From positions 1 through 64,000 of IMG/VR virus record IMGVR_UViG_2890766748_000002: a stretch of 64,000 nt of DNA. One strand, 5' to 3'. The translations under genes and the position numbers were made by a program. A model generated the notes under the pieces. That model was not told the origin of the DNA. It was given only the letters and a program-made list of their open reading frames with translations, and searched no databases. This DNA is from a virus (Duplodnaviria > Caudoviricetes). Positions 9,781 through 19,075 of this stretch are shown piece by piece (positions within the stretch are counted from its first letter, which is position 1; each line of letters begins with the position of its first letter).

Positions 9781-10164
9781 ATGGAAAATCAGGTCGTCGT
9801 ACGCTACCGGGAGGAAGATCCCGACAAGCCGGATCGGTGGATGGTGATGGAGCCGATCCGGTATCAAACCGCCATCGGAGAAGTAACCATTCCGAGGGGC
9901 TATGTTACCGATTTTGCCAGTGTCCCCGTGTGGTTATGGGGATTATTTCCGCCGATTGGGCGGCACAACCGGGCAAGTCTGTTGCACGACTTTTGGTATG
10001 ACAACCGGTTGGGAGAAAATGACTTTGGAATGGAGAACGCCCGGTTGCTGGCCGACCGGGAATTCTGGTTCAGGCTCAACGAAGCCGAACCAAACCGCAA
10101 GTTTCGAAACCGGTTGATGTACCTGGCTTGCCGGTGGTTCGGACGGCAATGGTGGGTTGAATAG
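9781..10164 (+). CDS. DUF1353-like phage protein
   Basis: IPRGYVTDFASVP...ASLLHDFWY...ADREF motif. Confidence 0.85.
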   Translation: MENQVVVRYREEDPDKPDRWMVMEPIRYQTAIGEVTIPRGYVTDFASVPVWLWGLFPPIGRHNRASLLHDFWYDNRLGENDFGMENARLLADREFWFRLNEAEPNRKFRNRLMYLACRWFGRQWWVE

Positions 10165-10165
10165 T

Positions 10166-10200
10166 GTCCTATTTGCTTCTTACAAGGTCCAGTATCGTTG
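10166..10200 (+). promoter_or_regulatory. Putative late promoter GTCCT-N22-TATCGTTG
   Basis: Motif and 22-nt spacing. Confidence 0.65.
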
Positions 10201-10224
10201 CAGCATCTTATTAAACCTGCTCCG

Positions 10225-11115
10225 ATGCTGGACCAACTTATTTCTACTGTTTGGGCGCTGCACCCTACGTTTCATGACCGAATGGCGGCAATTGCCGTTC
10301 GTCGGATTCAACAGGGATTACCCCCGTTTGAAGTCAGCCAGGACAAAAAAAAGCCGTATGTAGTCGGCTTCGAAGATGATGAAGACGGCGTTGAACCGGG
10401 CATTGAGATCGGGGCGGCTTCCTACGGCTACAGTCGTTTGGTGAAAGCAGAAACCGAATCGGGGAGTGTGGTGGTGTTGCCGATGATCGGGGCCATCACG
10501 CGCTACGGTGATTTGTGCAGTTGGGGAGCGGAAGACTACGCGCAATGGATCGTGGAAGCCAATCAGGATAAGGCTGTGTCGGCTATTGTGCTGGAAATGA
10601 ACGGTCCGGGCGGTTCGGTGGACGGTATCGAAATGCTCGGGGAAGTTGTTCGTTCGTCCGAAAAACCCATCATTGCGTACGTGGCCGGGTGGGCCGCGTC
10701 GGCCCATTTCTGGATTGCCAGCCAGGCCCGGGGCATTATGCTCGAATCGAACACCACTACTTCCGTGGGTAGTATCGGGGTGTTGGCGGTTCACGTCGAC
10801 GCGTCGAAATTCTACGAAAAAGAAGGCTTCAAAGTAACCATCATCCGATCCGACGGCAGCGATGACAAAGCCCGCTTCAACGATGTCGAACCGCTGACCG
10901 ACGACCTGTTGGCCGAAATCAAAGCCGAGTTGCAGCCGATCAAAGAAACTTTCATTGCCAAAGTAAAAGCCGGACGACCCGGCGTTGATGCGTCAGTTTT
11001 CAGCGGCAAAATGTATCCGGGCGGGGAAGCGATAAACCTGAAGTTAGCCGACCGGATCGGCTACTTGGCCGATTCTATTGCCTGGGCGAACGAACTAGCG
11101 CAAAAAGTCGCCTAA
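10225..11115 (+). CDS. S49 (SppA/ClpP-like) head maturation peptidase
   Basis: NGPGGSVDG, AASAHFWIAS, VGSIGV motifs. Confidence 0.92.
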   Translation: MLDQLISTVWALHPTFHDRMAAIAVRRIQQGLPPFEVSQDKKKPYVVGFEDDEDGVEPGIEIGAASYGYSRLVKAETESGSVVVLPMIGAITRYGDLCSWGAEDYAQWIVEANQDKAVSAIVLEMNGPGGSVDGIEMLGEVVRSSEKPIIAYVAGWAASAHFWIASQARGIMLESNTTTSVGSIGVLAVHVDASKFYEKEGFKVTIIRSDGSDDKARFNDVEPLTDDLLAEIKAELQPIKETFIAKVKAGRPGVDASVFSGKMYPGGEAINLKLADRIGYLADSIAWANELAQKVA

Positions 11116-11151
11116 ATATTTCACTGTATTCACTTTCAATTACTTATAGCC

Positions 11152-11634
11152 ATGAAAAAAGTCCAAATCAGTATCCGGGATTTGTTCCGTAGCAAAGCGT
11201 CGGAAGAAAAAAAGACGGAGCAAACCACCACGACCCAAACCGAAGAAGCGACCGAATCCACGTCGGCAGAATCCACGGCCGATGATGAATCCGACGCTGA
11301 CGAATCGGAATCCGAATCCACGGCGGTCGACGAAACGGAAGAAACGACCACGGAGGGCGAAACGACATCCGCCGAAGCCATGGCCGACAAAGGCCAGGTG
11401 CAGGTAAAAGAAATGAGCCTGACGGCGTACAACCAACTCGTGGCCGGTGCCAAAGCCTGGAACGAAAACAAAGACCGTTTTGCGGCTCTATTGAAGTGGG
11501 AAGCCGCCATCAAAAGCGTCGGCGGGAAGGGTGCGGCTGTGGATCAGAACACGCAAAACGGCAAAACCAAGCCGGGTGTACTGGATCAGCCCTGGAACCG
11601 GGCCGCGATGAAAGCCGCCGGGAAAGCGGAATAA
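11152..11634 (+). CDS. Acidic low-complexity protein, probable scaffold
   Basis: Glu/Thr/Ser-rich; lies between protease and capsid genes. Confidence 0.65.
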   Translation: MKKVQISIRDLFRSKASEEKKTEQTTTTQTEEATESTSAESTADDESDADESESESTAVDETEETTTEGETTSAEAMADKGQVQVKEMSLTAYNQLVAGAKAWNENKDRFAALLKWEAAIKSVGGKGAAVDQNTQNGKTKPGVLDQPWNRAAMKAAGKAE

Positions 11635-11636
11635 TC

Positions 11637-11671
11637 GTCCTACGGTTTACGGCCCGGATCGGCAACCTTCA
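11637..11671 (+). promoter_or_regulatory. Putative late promoter GTCCT-N22-AACCTTCA
   Basis: Motif and spacing, upstream of the capsid gene. Confidence 0.55.
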
Positions 11672-11715
11672 ACGTCTCAAACAAAGCTTTTTTCCAATCA
11701 ATCAACTCTCATTGT

Positions 11716-12702
11716 ATGAGCGCACTTAATCTTACTGCGTTGGCCGCTTCGTTGGAAACCTACGCCCGCGACAACCAGGAACACATTTTTACCCGGGCGC
11801 TGATTCCGGGCCTGGAAGGCGTCGAAGGTTCGCCGATCGTGCCGATTGCCGAATACATGACTATGATGCAGGCCACGGACGAAGTGGTGCTGACCAACCT
11901 GGAAGTGGGCGACGTGTTGCAGCCGGGCGGCAAAGACACCTTCAACCCCACGGCCAACGCCGTCAACTTCAAACCGCGAATCGGCAAGGTTCGGCAAGCC
12001 AAAGTGGATTTGCAGTTCCTGCACACGAAAATTGTAGCCCTGTACAAGTCGTACATGGGTCAGGTTCGGGCCAAAAGGATTGATCCCGAGCAAATTCCGT
12101 TTGAAGAGTACATCACCGCCCGGCTATTGGCCCGGGTTCAGGAAAACATCCGGGTCAAAACCCTGTATAACGGGGTGTACAATGCCGCCGGATCGAGTCC
12201 GCTGGATGTGAATGACGGCTTAAAAACCCAACTCCTGGCCGCCATTGCCGGGGGGGATGTGCCGGCCGGAAACATCATCGACACGGCGGTGTTGTCGGCG
12301 ACCAACGCGGTGGGTGAACTCGAAAAAATCATTGCTGGAATTCCCGACGCGGAGTTCTACGCCGGTGATCTGATTTGCGTATGCAGCCGGACGGTGAAGG
12401 ATTTCTACGAGAAAGATTACCGGACCCGCTACGGTTCGTTGCCCTACAACCAAAGCCAGTTGAAACCCAACATTGTGGGAACCGACATTCCGTTCGTGGT
12501 GGAGCCTGGTTTGTCGGGCTTCAACCGGCCGATTTTCACGGTTCGGGGTAACCTGGTGTATCTGTATGACGACCTGAGCGGAGCGGACACGCTGGCGGTC
12601 GATTACAACAAACGGAACCGCGACATAGCCTGGATGATGGATTGCCAGGTGGGGGCCGGTATCGCGGTAGCCGAGCAAATCTGGACGAACGACAACGCGT
12701 AA
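11716..12702 (+). CDS. Major capsid protein
   Basis: 328 aa; position after protease and scaffold; HK97-like features (DVNDGL). Confidence 0.8.
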   Translation: MSALNLTALAASLETYARDNQEHIFTRALIPGLEGVEGSPIVPIAEYMTMMQATDEVVLTNLEVGDVLQPGGKDTFNPTANAVNFKPRIGKVRQAKVDLQFLHTKIVALYKSYMGQVRAKRIDPEQIPFEEYITARLLARVQENIRVKTLYNGVYNAAGSSPLDVNDGLKTQLLAAIAGGDVPAGNIIDTAVLSATNAVGELEKIIAGIPDAEFYAGDLICVCSRTVKDFYEKDYRTRYGSLPYNQSQLKPNIVGTDIPFVVEPGLSGFNRPIFTVRGNLVYLYDDLSGADTLAVDYNKRNRDIAWMMDCQVGAGIAVAEQIWTNDNA

Positions 12703-12786
12703 GACTTCCTGCTGCTAACGCCGGGCCTGGGCGAACAGACCCGGCAATTCTTCAATCAATTCATTCAACTTCAACTTTTTCAACTC

Positions 12787-13455
12787 GTGAAACGAAGCGA
12801 AATTTTTAGTTTTCTGCTGGCGGCTCTGGCCTTTGGCATTGGGGTGGTGTTGCCCCACGAAGTTTTTTCCTCGCTGGCATCTGAACCGCTGGTGGTGGTC
12901 GGGATGGCAACCGTCAGTTTTGCCAACCTGAATGGAACCAGCTACCAGAAACCCAACCCGGGCGGGACACGAAAGCTGCTGATTGCCCTGTCGAAAGACA
13001 TCGATGGGGTTTGGCCGAAGCAAGCCGATATTGTGGACGGGGAAATTGCAACCGGACCAACCATGAAGACGGGTAAGAAATGGGCGGAATACCAGTTTCC
13101 GGACGGAACGTTTGATATGGGCGACGACGGCGGGGGTGATCCGGGTTTTCAGTCGTTCAAGCATACGATTGAATTCATGATTGCCGGAATGGGGCCGCTG
13201 ATTCAGAAAGAAATTCTGAAGCACCTGAACGCCGGGTCGGTGGTGATCGGTGAGTTGAATGACAATCAGTATTACGTGGCCGGAACGTCGGACAACCCGC
13301 TGTATATCAAGCCAACGGGCAAGATCGGAAAAAAAGGAAACGACAAACGGGGCTACACGCTGAAGGGGGACCAAGACGGTTTTATGTGGCCGCTGACGCC
13401 CCTAAAATCAACGGTTGCCACCGCACTGGTGCTCATACCGGAAGAAGGGGTTTAA
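12787..13455 (+). CDS. Major tail (tube) protein; alternative start ATG 12904
   Basis: PNPGG...; GTSDNPL; GKKGNDKRGYTL typical of Bacteroidetes siphovirus tube proteins. Confidence 0.7.
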   Translation: MKRSEIFSFLLAALAFGIGVVLPHEVFSSLASEPLVVVGMATVSFANLNGTSYQKPNPGGTRKLLIALSKDIDGVWPKQADIVDGEIATGPTMKTGKKWAEYQFPDGTFDMGDDGGGDPGFQSFKHTIEFMIAGMGPLIQKEILKHLNAGSVVIGELNDNQYYVAGTSDNPLYIKPTGKIGKKGNDKRGYTLKGDQDGFMWPLTPLKSTVATALVLIPEEGV

Positions 13456-13479
13456 AAGCAAGGGTTTGTAATCAATCAC

Positions 13480-13809
13480 ATGCTGACAAAATACGAATTG
13501 GTCAACGTTCCGGACGGGGGCGTTGACCATTTGATTTCCGGCCGCCGGGTTTCGATAACCCCGAATTTGACCGACGAAGAAGCCGACGAATTGATTGCGG
13601 TCGGACTGCCTTATTTTCAACCAAAAACACCTTCTCCCGATGGGACGCAAGAAACAAACCCCGACATCAACGCCAACGCCGGAACCGACACAAATGCCGG
13701 AGCCGACACCAACACCGGAGCCAAAGCCGGAGCCAACGACAACGCTGGAACCGACACCAACACCGGAACCGACGCCAACGCCGGAACCAGTCGCCGGGCA
13801 AAATCCTGA
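13480..13809 (+). CDS. Small phage protein whose C-terminus overlaps the next gene
   Basis: Globular N-terminus (NLTDEEADELIAVGLPYF) followed by the repeat read in another frame. Confidence 0.6.
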   Translation: MLTKYELVNVPDGGVDHLISGRRVSITPNLTDEEADELIAVGLPYFQPKTPSPDGTQETNPDINANAGTDTNAGADTNTGAKAGANDNAGTDTNTGTDANAGTSRRAKS

Positions 13810-14041
13810 AACACCAATCCCGCCAACGCCGGAGCCGACGCCGGATGATCTGAAACAGCCGGGTGAGCACTTCGATAAAACGGCTAGGATTGCTGATGTT
13901 GTGGATGATGTATTCCGGGCCAGACGAGTCCGGCGTAACGCCAAGGCCGAGCTAGACGCGTTACGAGCGGAATCGAAGCGACGGCAGGAAAAAGCCGAAG
14001 CTGACGCCGAGCTATCAACCCGGGAGAATCCGAGAGCTTAA
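13640..14041 (+). CDS. Pro/Thr/Glu-repeat (PEPTPT) protein
   Basis: ATG 13640; repeat variation is mostly synonymous in this frame. Confidence 0.65.
   Translation: MGRKKQTPTSTPTPEPTQMPEPTPTPEPKPEPTTTLEPTPTPEPTPTPEPVAGQNPETPIPPTPEPTPDDLKQPGEHFDKTARIADVVDDVFRARRVRRNAKAELDALRAESKRRQEKAEADAELSTRENPRA
13672..13790 (+). repeat. Imperfect 18-bp tandem repeat ACRCCAACRCCGGARCCG
   Basis: About 6-7 degenerate units. Confidence 0.8.
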
Positions 14042-14050
14042 TCAGTAACC

Positions 14051-14082
14051 GAAAAAGCCGGGCTTCACGACCCGGCTTTTTC
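14051..14082. terminator. Rho-independent terminator, possibly bidirectional
   Basis: GAAAAAGCCGGG-loop-CCCGGCTTTTTC. Confidence 0.8.
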
Positions 14083-14096
14083 ATATTCAGCCAATC

Positions 14097-14330
14097 ATGA
14101 TCCTTCAGAAACCCGACCTGTTTCCCGATCTGGTTCACTACCTGAAAAACCAGGGCGTTGATCCGGAATGTCTTCAGAACGCCCTGGATTCGTATCTGTG
14201 GGATGCGGGTCAGCTTATTCAGGAAGAATACGACTACGACAACAACCCATTGGGCTACATTCAGGCAACCGAGTATAAAGAAGCCGTTTTGCAGTTTCGG
14301 GATGTTTTAACCCTTGAAATCGATGACTAA
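14097..14330 (+). CDS. Hypothetical protein
   Basis: 77-aa ORF overlapping the next start. Confidence 0.6.
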   Translation: MILQKPDLFPDLVHYLKNQGVDPECLQNALDSYLWDAGQLIQEEYDYDNNPLGYIQATEYKEAVLQFRDVLTLEIDD

Positions 14331-14979
14331 CGACGAATTGAGCAGTCAGCGTAAAAAAGCCCGGGCCAATCTGGAATTGCTTCAGATGAAAAAGAGGGCG
14401 GGCCTGGTATCGCAAGCGGACATTGACGAAGCGAACCAGATATACCAGGCATTGATAAACTACCAGGCACCGCCGGATGTCGCGACGTCGGACGTGTCGA
14501 CATCCGGCGGTTCGGCGGTTCCGGCCGCCATGCCGGTTTCGGAATTTACGGCGCTGTTGGAAACGCTGACGGGGGAGAAAGCCGAACTACACAAACAGAT
14601 GTGTTTGCGCTCGAACCAGTTGGCCCAAATCCCGGATGCGGTCAACGCCAAAGCGCTGGTGGATGAGATTCAGGACTACAAAGCCCGTCGGAACGAAATA
14701 GGGGCCAAAATTGCCTTTCTAAAGGCCAACGGGCGGTTGCCTGATGTCGTGGCCGATCCAAGCCCGCAACAGGAGCAAACGGCGTTTATGGAAAGCCTGC
14801 CGGGGGATAAATACGAACTGGCCCGGCTGCTGAAGGATTCGATTTTGCCGAACCTGTCGAAAGCCCGGGCAAAGCTGGCCCTATCTGCCAACGAGGTCAA
14901 AAAGGTGCATTACGGCCAAAAGGTGGCCCGGCTGGAAGCGGAAGCCGCGTTGGTTCGCGCCAGGATGAACGCACTATAG
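14323..14979 (+). CDS. Coiled-coil phage protein
   Basis: Helical ORF; ATG 14323. Confidence 0.7.
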   Translation: MTNDELSSQRKKARANLELLQMKKRAGLVSQADIDEANQIYQALINYQAPPDVATSDVSTSGGSAVPAAMPVSEFTALLETLTGEKAELHKQMCLRSNQLAQIPDAVNAKALVDEIQDYKARRNEIGAKIAFLKANGRLPDVVADPSPQQEQTAFMESLPGDKYELARLLKDSILPNLSKARAKLALSANEVKKVHYGQKVARLEAEAALVRARMNAL

Positions 14980-15054
14980 TTCATTATTTACTTGGATTTT
15001 CAATGTATTTTAACTATTTTACTTTTATGAAAAACCAAAAGCTTTATTTAGGAG

Positions 15055-15543
15055 ATGGAAAATACTGTAGAAGACTATATTGATGTAAACGAACGTGTTA
15101 AAGAGTTGAATTGTGAGAGGCCTACCACTTTTTGCTTTCTCCCTGAAAATTTCGAAAATGCAAGTTCTATAAATGAATTTGTATACAACGAGAATACTAT
15201 AACATTTAGAAAACTTTTTAAAAAATTCAATATTAAAGAGGATAAGTTAGAAGACCTATCTTCACAGTTCCGACAAAGAAGATCAAATGATTTATATACC
15301 CCAATGATATTTATCGGGTATTCAATTTTGTCTCAAAATCCAGAGTTGATTTCTGAAGGTTTAAATGTACTATCAAATTATATAACAGATTTATTTAAAG
15401 GAACTATTGGCAAAAAAGAAGTCACGGTTGAATTCGTTATTGAAAGTAAGACAAAGGAAAATTTTAAGAAAGTTACATTTAAGGGTGATCCTGAAAGTTT
15501 AAAATATTTTGATAAAATACTCAAATCTTTTAAAGATGTATAG
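15055..15543 (+). CDS. AT-rich cargo (moron) gene 1, hypothetical
   Basis: Abrupt GC drop; overlaps the next gene. Confidence 0.8.
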   Translation: MENTVEDYIDVNERVKELNCERPTTFCFLPENFENASSINEFVYNENTITFRKLFKKFNIKEDKLEDLSSQFRQRRSNDLYTPMIFIGYSILSQNPELISEGLNVLSNYITDLFKGTIGKKEVTVEFVIESKTKENFKKVTFKGDPESLKYFDKILKSFKDV

Positions 15544-16213
15544 TCAATATCACGATTTAGGCGACCTTTTTGATAAATACAATGAAGTTGTTAATTCCGC
15601 TAATTTAATGGCCTTCTTTACAAGGGATATTAATCTTCAGAAAGGAAACATTGCTTCTCTTTTGGAGTTGATTGAGTACGTTGAGGAATTTAAGCAGGAA
15701 AGTATACAAATTGAGAATGAGGAAAAAGCGAATTTCTTATTATGCTTACAGCTTTATGCACGTGCAATAATGACAGAGTTGGAAATGCTTGTTTCCTTGA
15801 AGGAAGATAATATATCTGAGGCATGGGATTATTTGGTAAGCGCTCAAAATATTGTTTCATCAACTGTAAGAAACTATCCTTTTCCTACTGATGGTTTTTG
15901 TGATCATTTATCCGAATACTCTGCAAGATTTCATCAATATGAAAAATTGTTGTTTCCACAAATTTGGTTTTTGAGCCGAGGTTCAATCGTTAATGAGACC
16001 AAATGTTCTATTTGTGAACAATCTTACTCTATTTGTGATCATTTAAAAGGATATGCTTATATGGGTAAACTCTGTTGTGAAATAACAGAAAAAGTTGTGA
16101 AACTGGAAGAAATTTCCTTTGTAGAAAACCCAAAGGATAAAAGATGTAGGATGACTCATTTTTCTAGCCAAGGAAATAAATATGACGTTTTGACACTTAG
16201 AAAAGTTAGCTAA
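15536..16213 (+). CDS. AT-rich cargo gene 2: helical N-terminus plus Cys-rich, prohead-protease-like C-terminus
   Basis: CSIC-x6-CDH-x2-GYAYMG...LEEISFVENP. Confidence 0.75.
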   Translation: MYSQYHDLGDLFDKYNEVVNSANLMAFFTRDINLQKGNIASLLELIEYVEEFKQESIQIENEEKANFLLCLQLYARAIMTELEMLVSLKEDNISEAWDYLVSAQNIVSSTVRNYPFPTDGFCDHLSEYSARFHQYEKLLFPQIWFLSRGSIVNETKCSICEQSYSICDHLKGYAYMGKLCCEITEKVVKLEEISFVENPKDKRCRMTHFSSQGNKYDVLTLRKVS

Positions 16214-16240
16214 GTCTTGCTAATTAGAGGTTATTAAAAG

Positions 16241-16270
16241 AAAGCCCGGGTGGAATCCACCCGGGCTTTT
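16241..16270 (+). terminator. Terminator closing the moron
   Basis: AAAGCCCGGGTGGA/TCCACCCGGGCTTT. Confidence 0.85.
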
Positions 16271-16333
16271 CCATTTTTTGATGTTTAACCACATAACGAA
16301 GTGTTAGATGGCCGGGCAAATATCGGCTAAAAC

Positions 16334-16368
16334 GTCCTGGAATCCTGGTCATCCGTCGTGTATGCTTG
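16334..16368 (+). promoter_or_regulatory. Putative late promoter GTCCT-N22-TATGCTTG
   Basis: Motif and spacing. Confidence 0.65.
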
Positions 16369-16382
16369 CCAAAAAGAATCAA

Positions 16383-16910
16383 ATGGCAAAAAAATCGGCG
16401 TTGGCGAAGGTCAAGAATAAGCTTCAGCTTGACGAACACAAAATGGATAAGTTCCTGGCGTATTACCACAATGGAACCGTCTTGAGTGACGACGATATGT
16501 CCATGCTGGAAAAATACCGGAAAGCCTGGTCGTGGCTCAGTCGGGGCAAGCAATTCGACGTAGTGATTTCGATATTGATGAAGGAATACGGTGTTCAGGA
16601 ACGGCAAGCCCGGTATATCATCACGGAAGCGACGTTTCTGCATGGCAATACGTCGCAACTCGACAAAGCCGGGAAAAAGGTAGCATCGGCCAACTTTCAG
16701 CGGTTGTTGGCGAACCTGGCCATGATTGACAGGCAGTATGAAACCGCGTCCCGCGCCTGGGAGAAGGCTGACCGGATGGAAGGGCTGTTAGACGAAGAAG
16801 CCGTTGGGCATGATCCCGAAAACTTCCTGAAGCCGGGAAAATTCGTCTTCATCAATAACGTGAACATCCTGAAACAGAACATTAAACAACAACTCGAAGA
16901 CGATGAGTAA
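16383..16910 (+). CDS. Probable terminase small subunit
   Basis: HTH-like segment (EYGVQERQARYII); directly upstream of and overlapping TerL. Confidence 0.65.
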   Translation: MAKKSALAKVKNKLQLDEHKMDKFLAYYHNGTVLSDDDMSMLEKYRKAWSWLSRGKQFDVVISILMKEYGVQERQARYIITEATFLHGNTSQLDKAGKKVASANFQRLLANLAMIDRQYETASRAWEKADRMEGLLDEEAVGHDPENFLKPGKFVFINNVNILKQNIKQQLEDDE

Positions 16911-18468
16911 GGATGTAAAGCAAATCTACGCCAACGCCAAACAGTTGAAGTTTCTTCGGAGTCGGGCAAAGCGGAAAACCTTCATGGGTGGCCGGGGATC
17001 GGGTAAAACCACCACGCTGGGCTACACAGTGGGCATGATGTTCGAAAACTTGCCCCGCGCGAAAGTGGTGTTGACAGGCCTGACCTACGTGCAACTGGAT
17101 TTAATCGTATTGCCAGAACTCAAGAACGCTCTTTCTCGCATGGGCTATGTCGAATACTCGAAAGTGACGCCTTGGGGTGTGTATGTGATCGGCCAGCAAC
17201 CGCCGGATCAATGGATCAAACCCTATTCCAGTCCGGGGAAACGGGGGTGGCAATACTGCGTCAGTTTCATTAATGGCTTTGTGCTTCAGCTATGCAGCCA
17301 GGACCGGCCCGACTCGCAACGCGGGATCAATAACGACGGGATTTTGGCCGACGAATCGGCTACGTTGAATTTTGACTTCATCAAAACGATCCTGTTACCG
17401 GCCAAACGCGCCAACCGATACGCGCCGTTTTCGAAGCATTTCTTGCACCTGTGTTTCTTTGATTTCAGTTCCGTGCCCTGGACCACGGAAGGCGGCTGGA
17501 TATTGCAGACGGAAGAACGTTGGAAGGCCGAACTGGAAGAACGCGCCCGGCTGTCGTACGAAGAAAAGTTGGAACGTCCCCCACAAAATCTTTTCCTGGA
17601 AAGTACCTGGGAAGACAATAAAGACGTGTTGCCGGAAGATTATTACCAGGTGCTGGAAGACTCTTTGGACCCGCTGACGCTGGATGTGGAAGTCTGGAAC
17701 AAACGGATCACCAAGCGCCCGGACGGGTTTTATTTTGCTTTCGTTTCCTCCAAACACTGCTATTATCAGAGCTACGCCTATGAGTACGATGAGAAAACCC
17801 GGCTGCATTTGCACGTCTCGAACGACTACCGGGACGATAAGAAGCTGGAAGTATCGTTGGATTTTAACGCGGCAATTTGTTGGCTGGTGATTTGTCAGGA
17901 AGTGGGGAAAGAATTCCGGCAAATCAACAGCATCTTCAAAAAACCTACCATCGATAAGCAAACCAGTTTGGTAATCCAGTTGGCTGAAGCCTTTGACCTT
18001 TCCTATTCGCACCATAAGGTTAAAGAAGTCGACGTATGGGGTGATCCCTCCGGCCGGGCTAAATCCGCCGGGACCAGTGAAGCTAATAAACCTTTCCTGG
18101 AACAATTCTGTGACTACCTGGTGAAGCGGGGATGGCGGGTTAATAAACCCTATCAACGCTTCCAATATCCAGCACATAAGGATAAGTACATCCTAATCAA
18201 CCACCTATTGGACGAGAGTAGCGACCGCACCCCACGGCTGCGCTTCAATCAGAACTCCAATAAACCGTTCCTGATTGCCCTCCAACAGACCCGAACCATT
18301 GACAACTTCAAGAAGGACAAGGGCAGCGAGACACCCAACAACAAGAACCGCGAGTATGCAACCGACGGGACCGACGCCTATGACTACATCGTATGGGGTA
18401 AGTACAAGCGGCTGTTGCCGTCCGGTTCGTCACCGGGCTACCGGAACACGCTGATCATTTTGAATTAG
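16903..18468 (+). CDS. terL: Terminase large subunit
   Basis: Walker A GGRGSGKT, Walker B ILADES, nuclease motifs SLDFN, GDPSG and TDAYDY. Confidence 0.92.
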   Translation: MSKDVKQIYANAKQLKFLRSRAKRKTFMGGRGSGKTTTLGYTVGMMFENLPRAKVVLTGLTYVQLDLIVLPELKNALSRMGYVEYSKVTPWGVYVIGQQPPDQWIKPYSSPGKRGWQYCVSFINGFVLQLCSQDRPDSQRGINNDGILADESATLNFDFIKTILLPAKRANRYAPFSKHFLHLCFFDFSSVPWTTEGGWILQTEERWKAELEERARLSYEEKLERPPQNLFLESTWEDNKDVLPEDYYQVLEDSLDPLTLDVEVWNKRITKRPDGFYFAFVSSKHCYYQSYAYEYDEKTRLHLHVSNDYRDDKKLEVSLDFNAAICWLVICQEVGKEFRQINSIFKKPTIDKQTSLVIQLAEAFDLSYSHHKVKEVDVWGDPSGRAKSAGTSEANKPFLEQFCDYLVKRGWRVNKPYQRFQYPAHKDKYILINHLLDESSDRTPRLRFNQNSNKPFLIALQQTRTIDNFKKDKGSETPNNKNREYATDGTDAYDYIVWGKYKRLLPSGSSPGYRNTLIILN

Positions 18469-18704
18469 CCGACCGGTCCGGGTAAAAATGTTACAGAACC
18501 AGTCGTCGGGCCGACAATCGTGATTTTATATTCCTTTTTTTTCAGTGGCAATTGCCATTGGCGGTAAAGGGCGGGCTACCTGATCGTGTTTGATTGGGTA
18601 GCTTTTTCGTTTTGTGGCCGACCAATGGGTTGATGATCAATTTAGTAGGTGAAAAAGAGACTGCAAAATGGTTAAAAAAACACCTGTTTGATGGCTGAAA
18701 ATGT

Positions 18705-18739
18705 GTCCTACAGTGGGCAAAATGGCGGCTGTAACCTTG
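18705..18739 (+). promoter_or_regulatory. Putative late promoter GTCCT-N22-TAACCTTG
   Basis: Motif and spacing. Confidence 0.65.
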
Positions 18740-18765
18740 CAAACGTCATTGAATAGTCCACCAGC

Positions 18766-19074
18766 ATGGCCAACGGCAAACAAACCATTACCCTCAAAAC
18801 GGTGCTGCATTCCATTCAGGAAGCCGGGACTGTCTTCAGCCTGAAATTCCGGAAGCTCGACGGGTCGATTTCCTTCAAACCGGAAGTGAAAAAGAACCCC
18901 ACCGCCGTACGCCCTGAATCGACCGGCGGCACGAAGGATTTGGGGACGATCCGGCGGAACATGAAGGGAGCCGGGGCGCTGTTGCTGTTCGATTGTCGGG
19001 AGCGGAAAACGTTCGAAGCCAAAATTGAACTGCTGGTGGAATTCAACGGCATGACCATTTTTCACAACTATTGA
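18766..19074 (+). CDS. Small phage protein preceding the portal gene
   Basis: FSLKFRKLDG...LLVEFNG; operon context. Confidence 0.75.
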   Translation: MANGKQTITLKTVLHSIQEAGTVFSLKFRKLDGSISFKPEVKKNPTAVRPESTGGTKDLGTIRRNMKGAGALLLFDCRERKTFEAKIELLVEFNGMTIFHNY

Positions 19075-19075
19075 C

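Noticed and set aside
13672-13790. CRISPR-like repeat
   Set aside because: Contiguous coding tandem repeat with no unique spacers.
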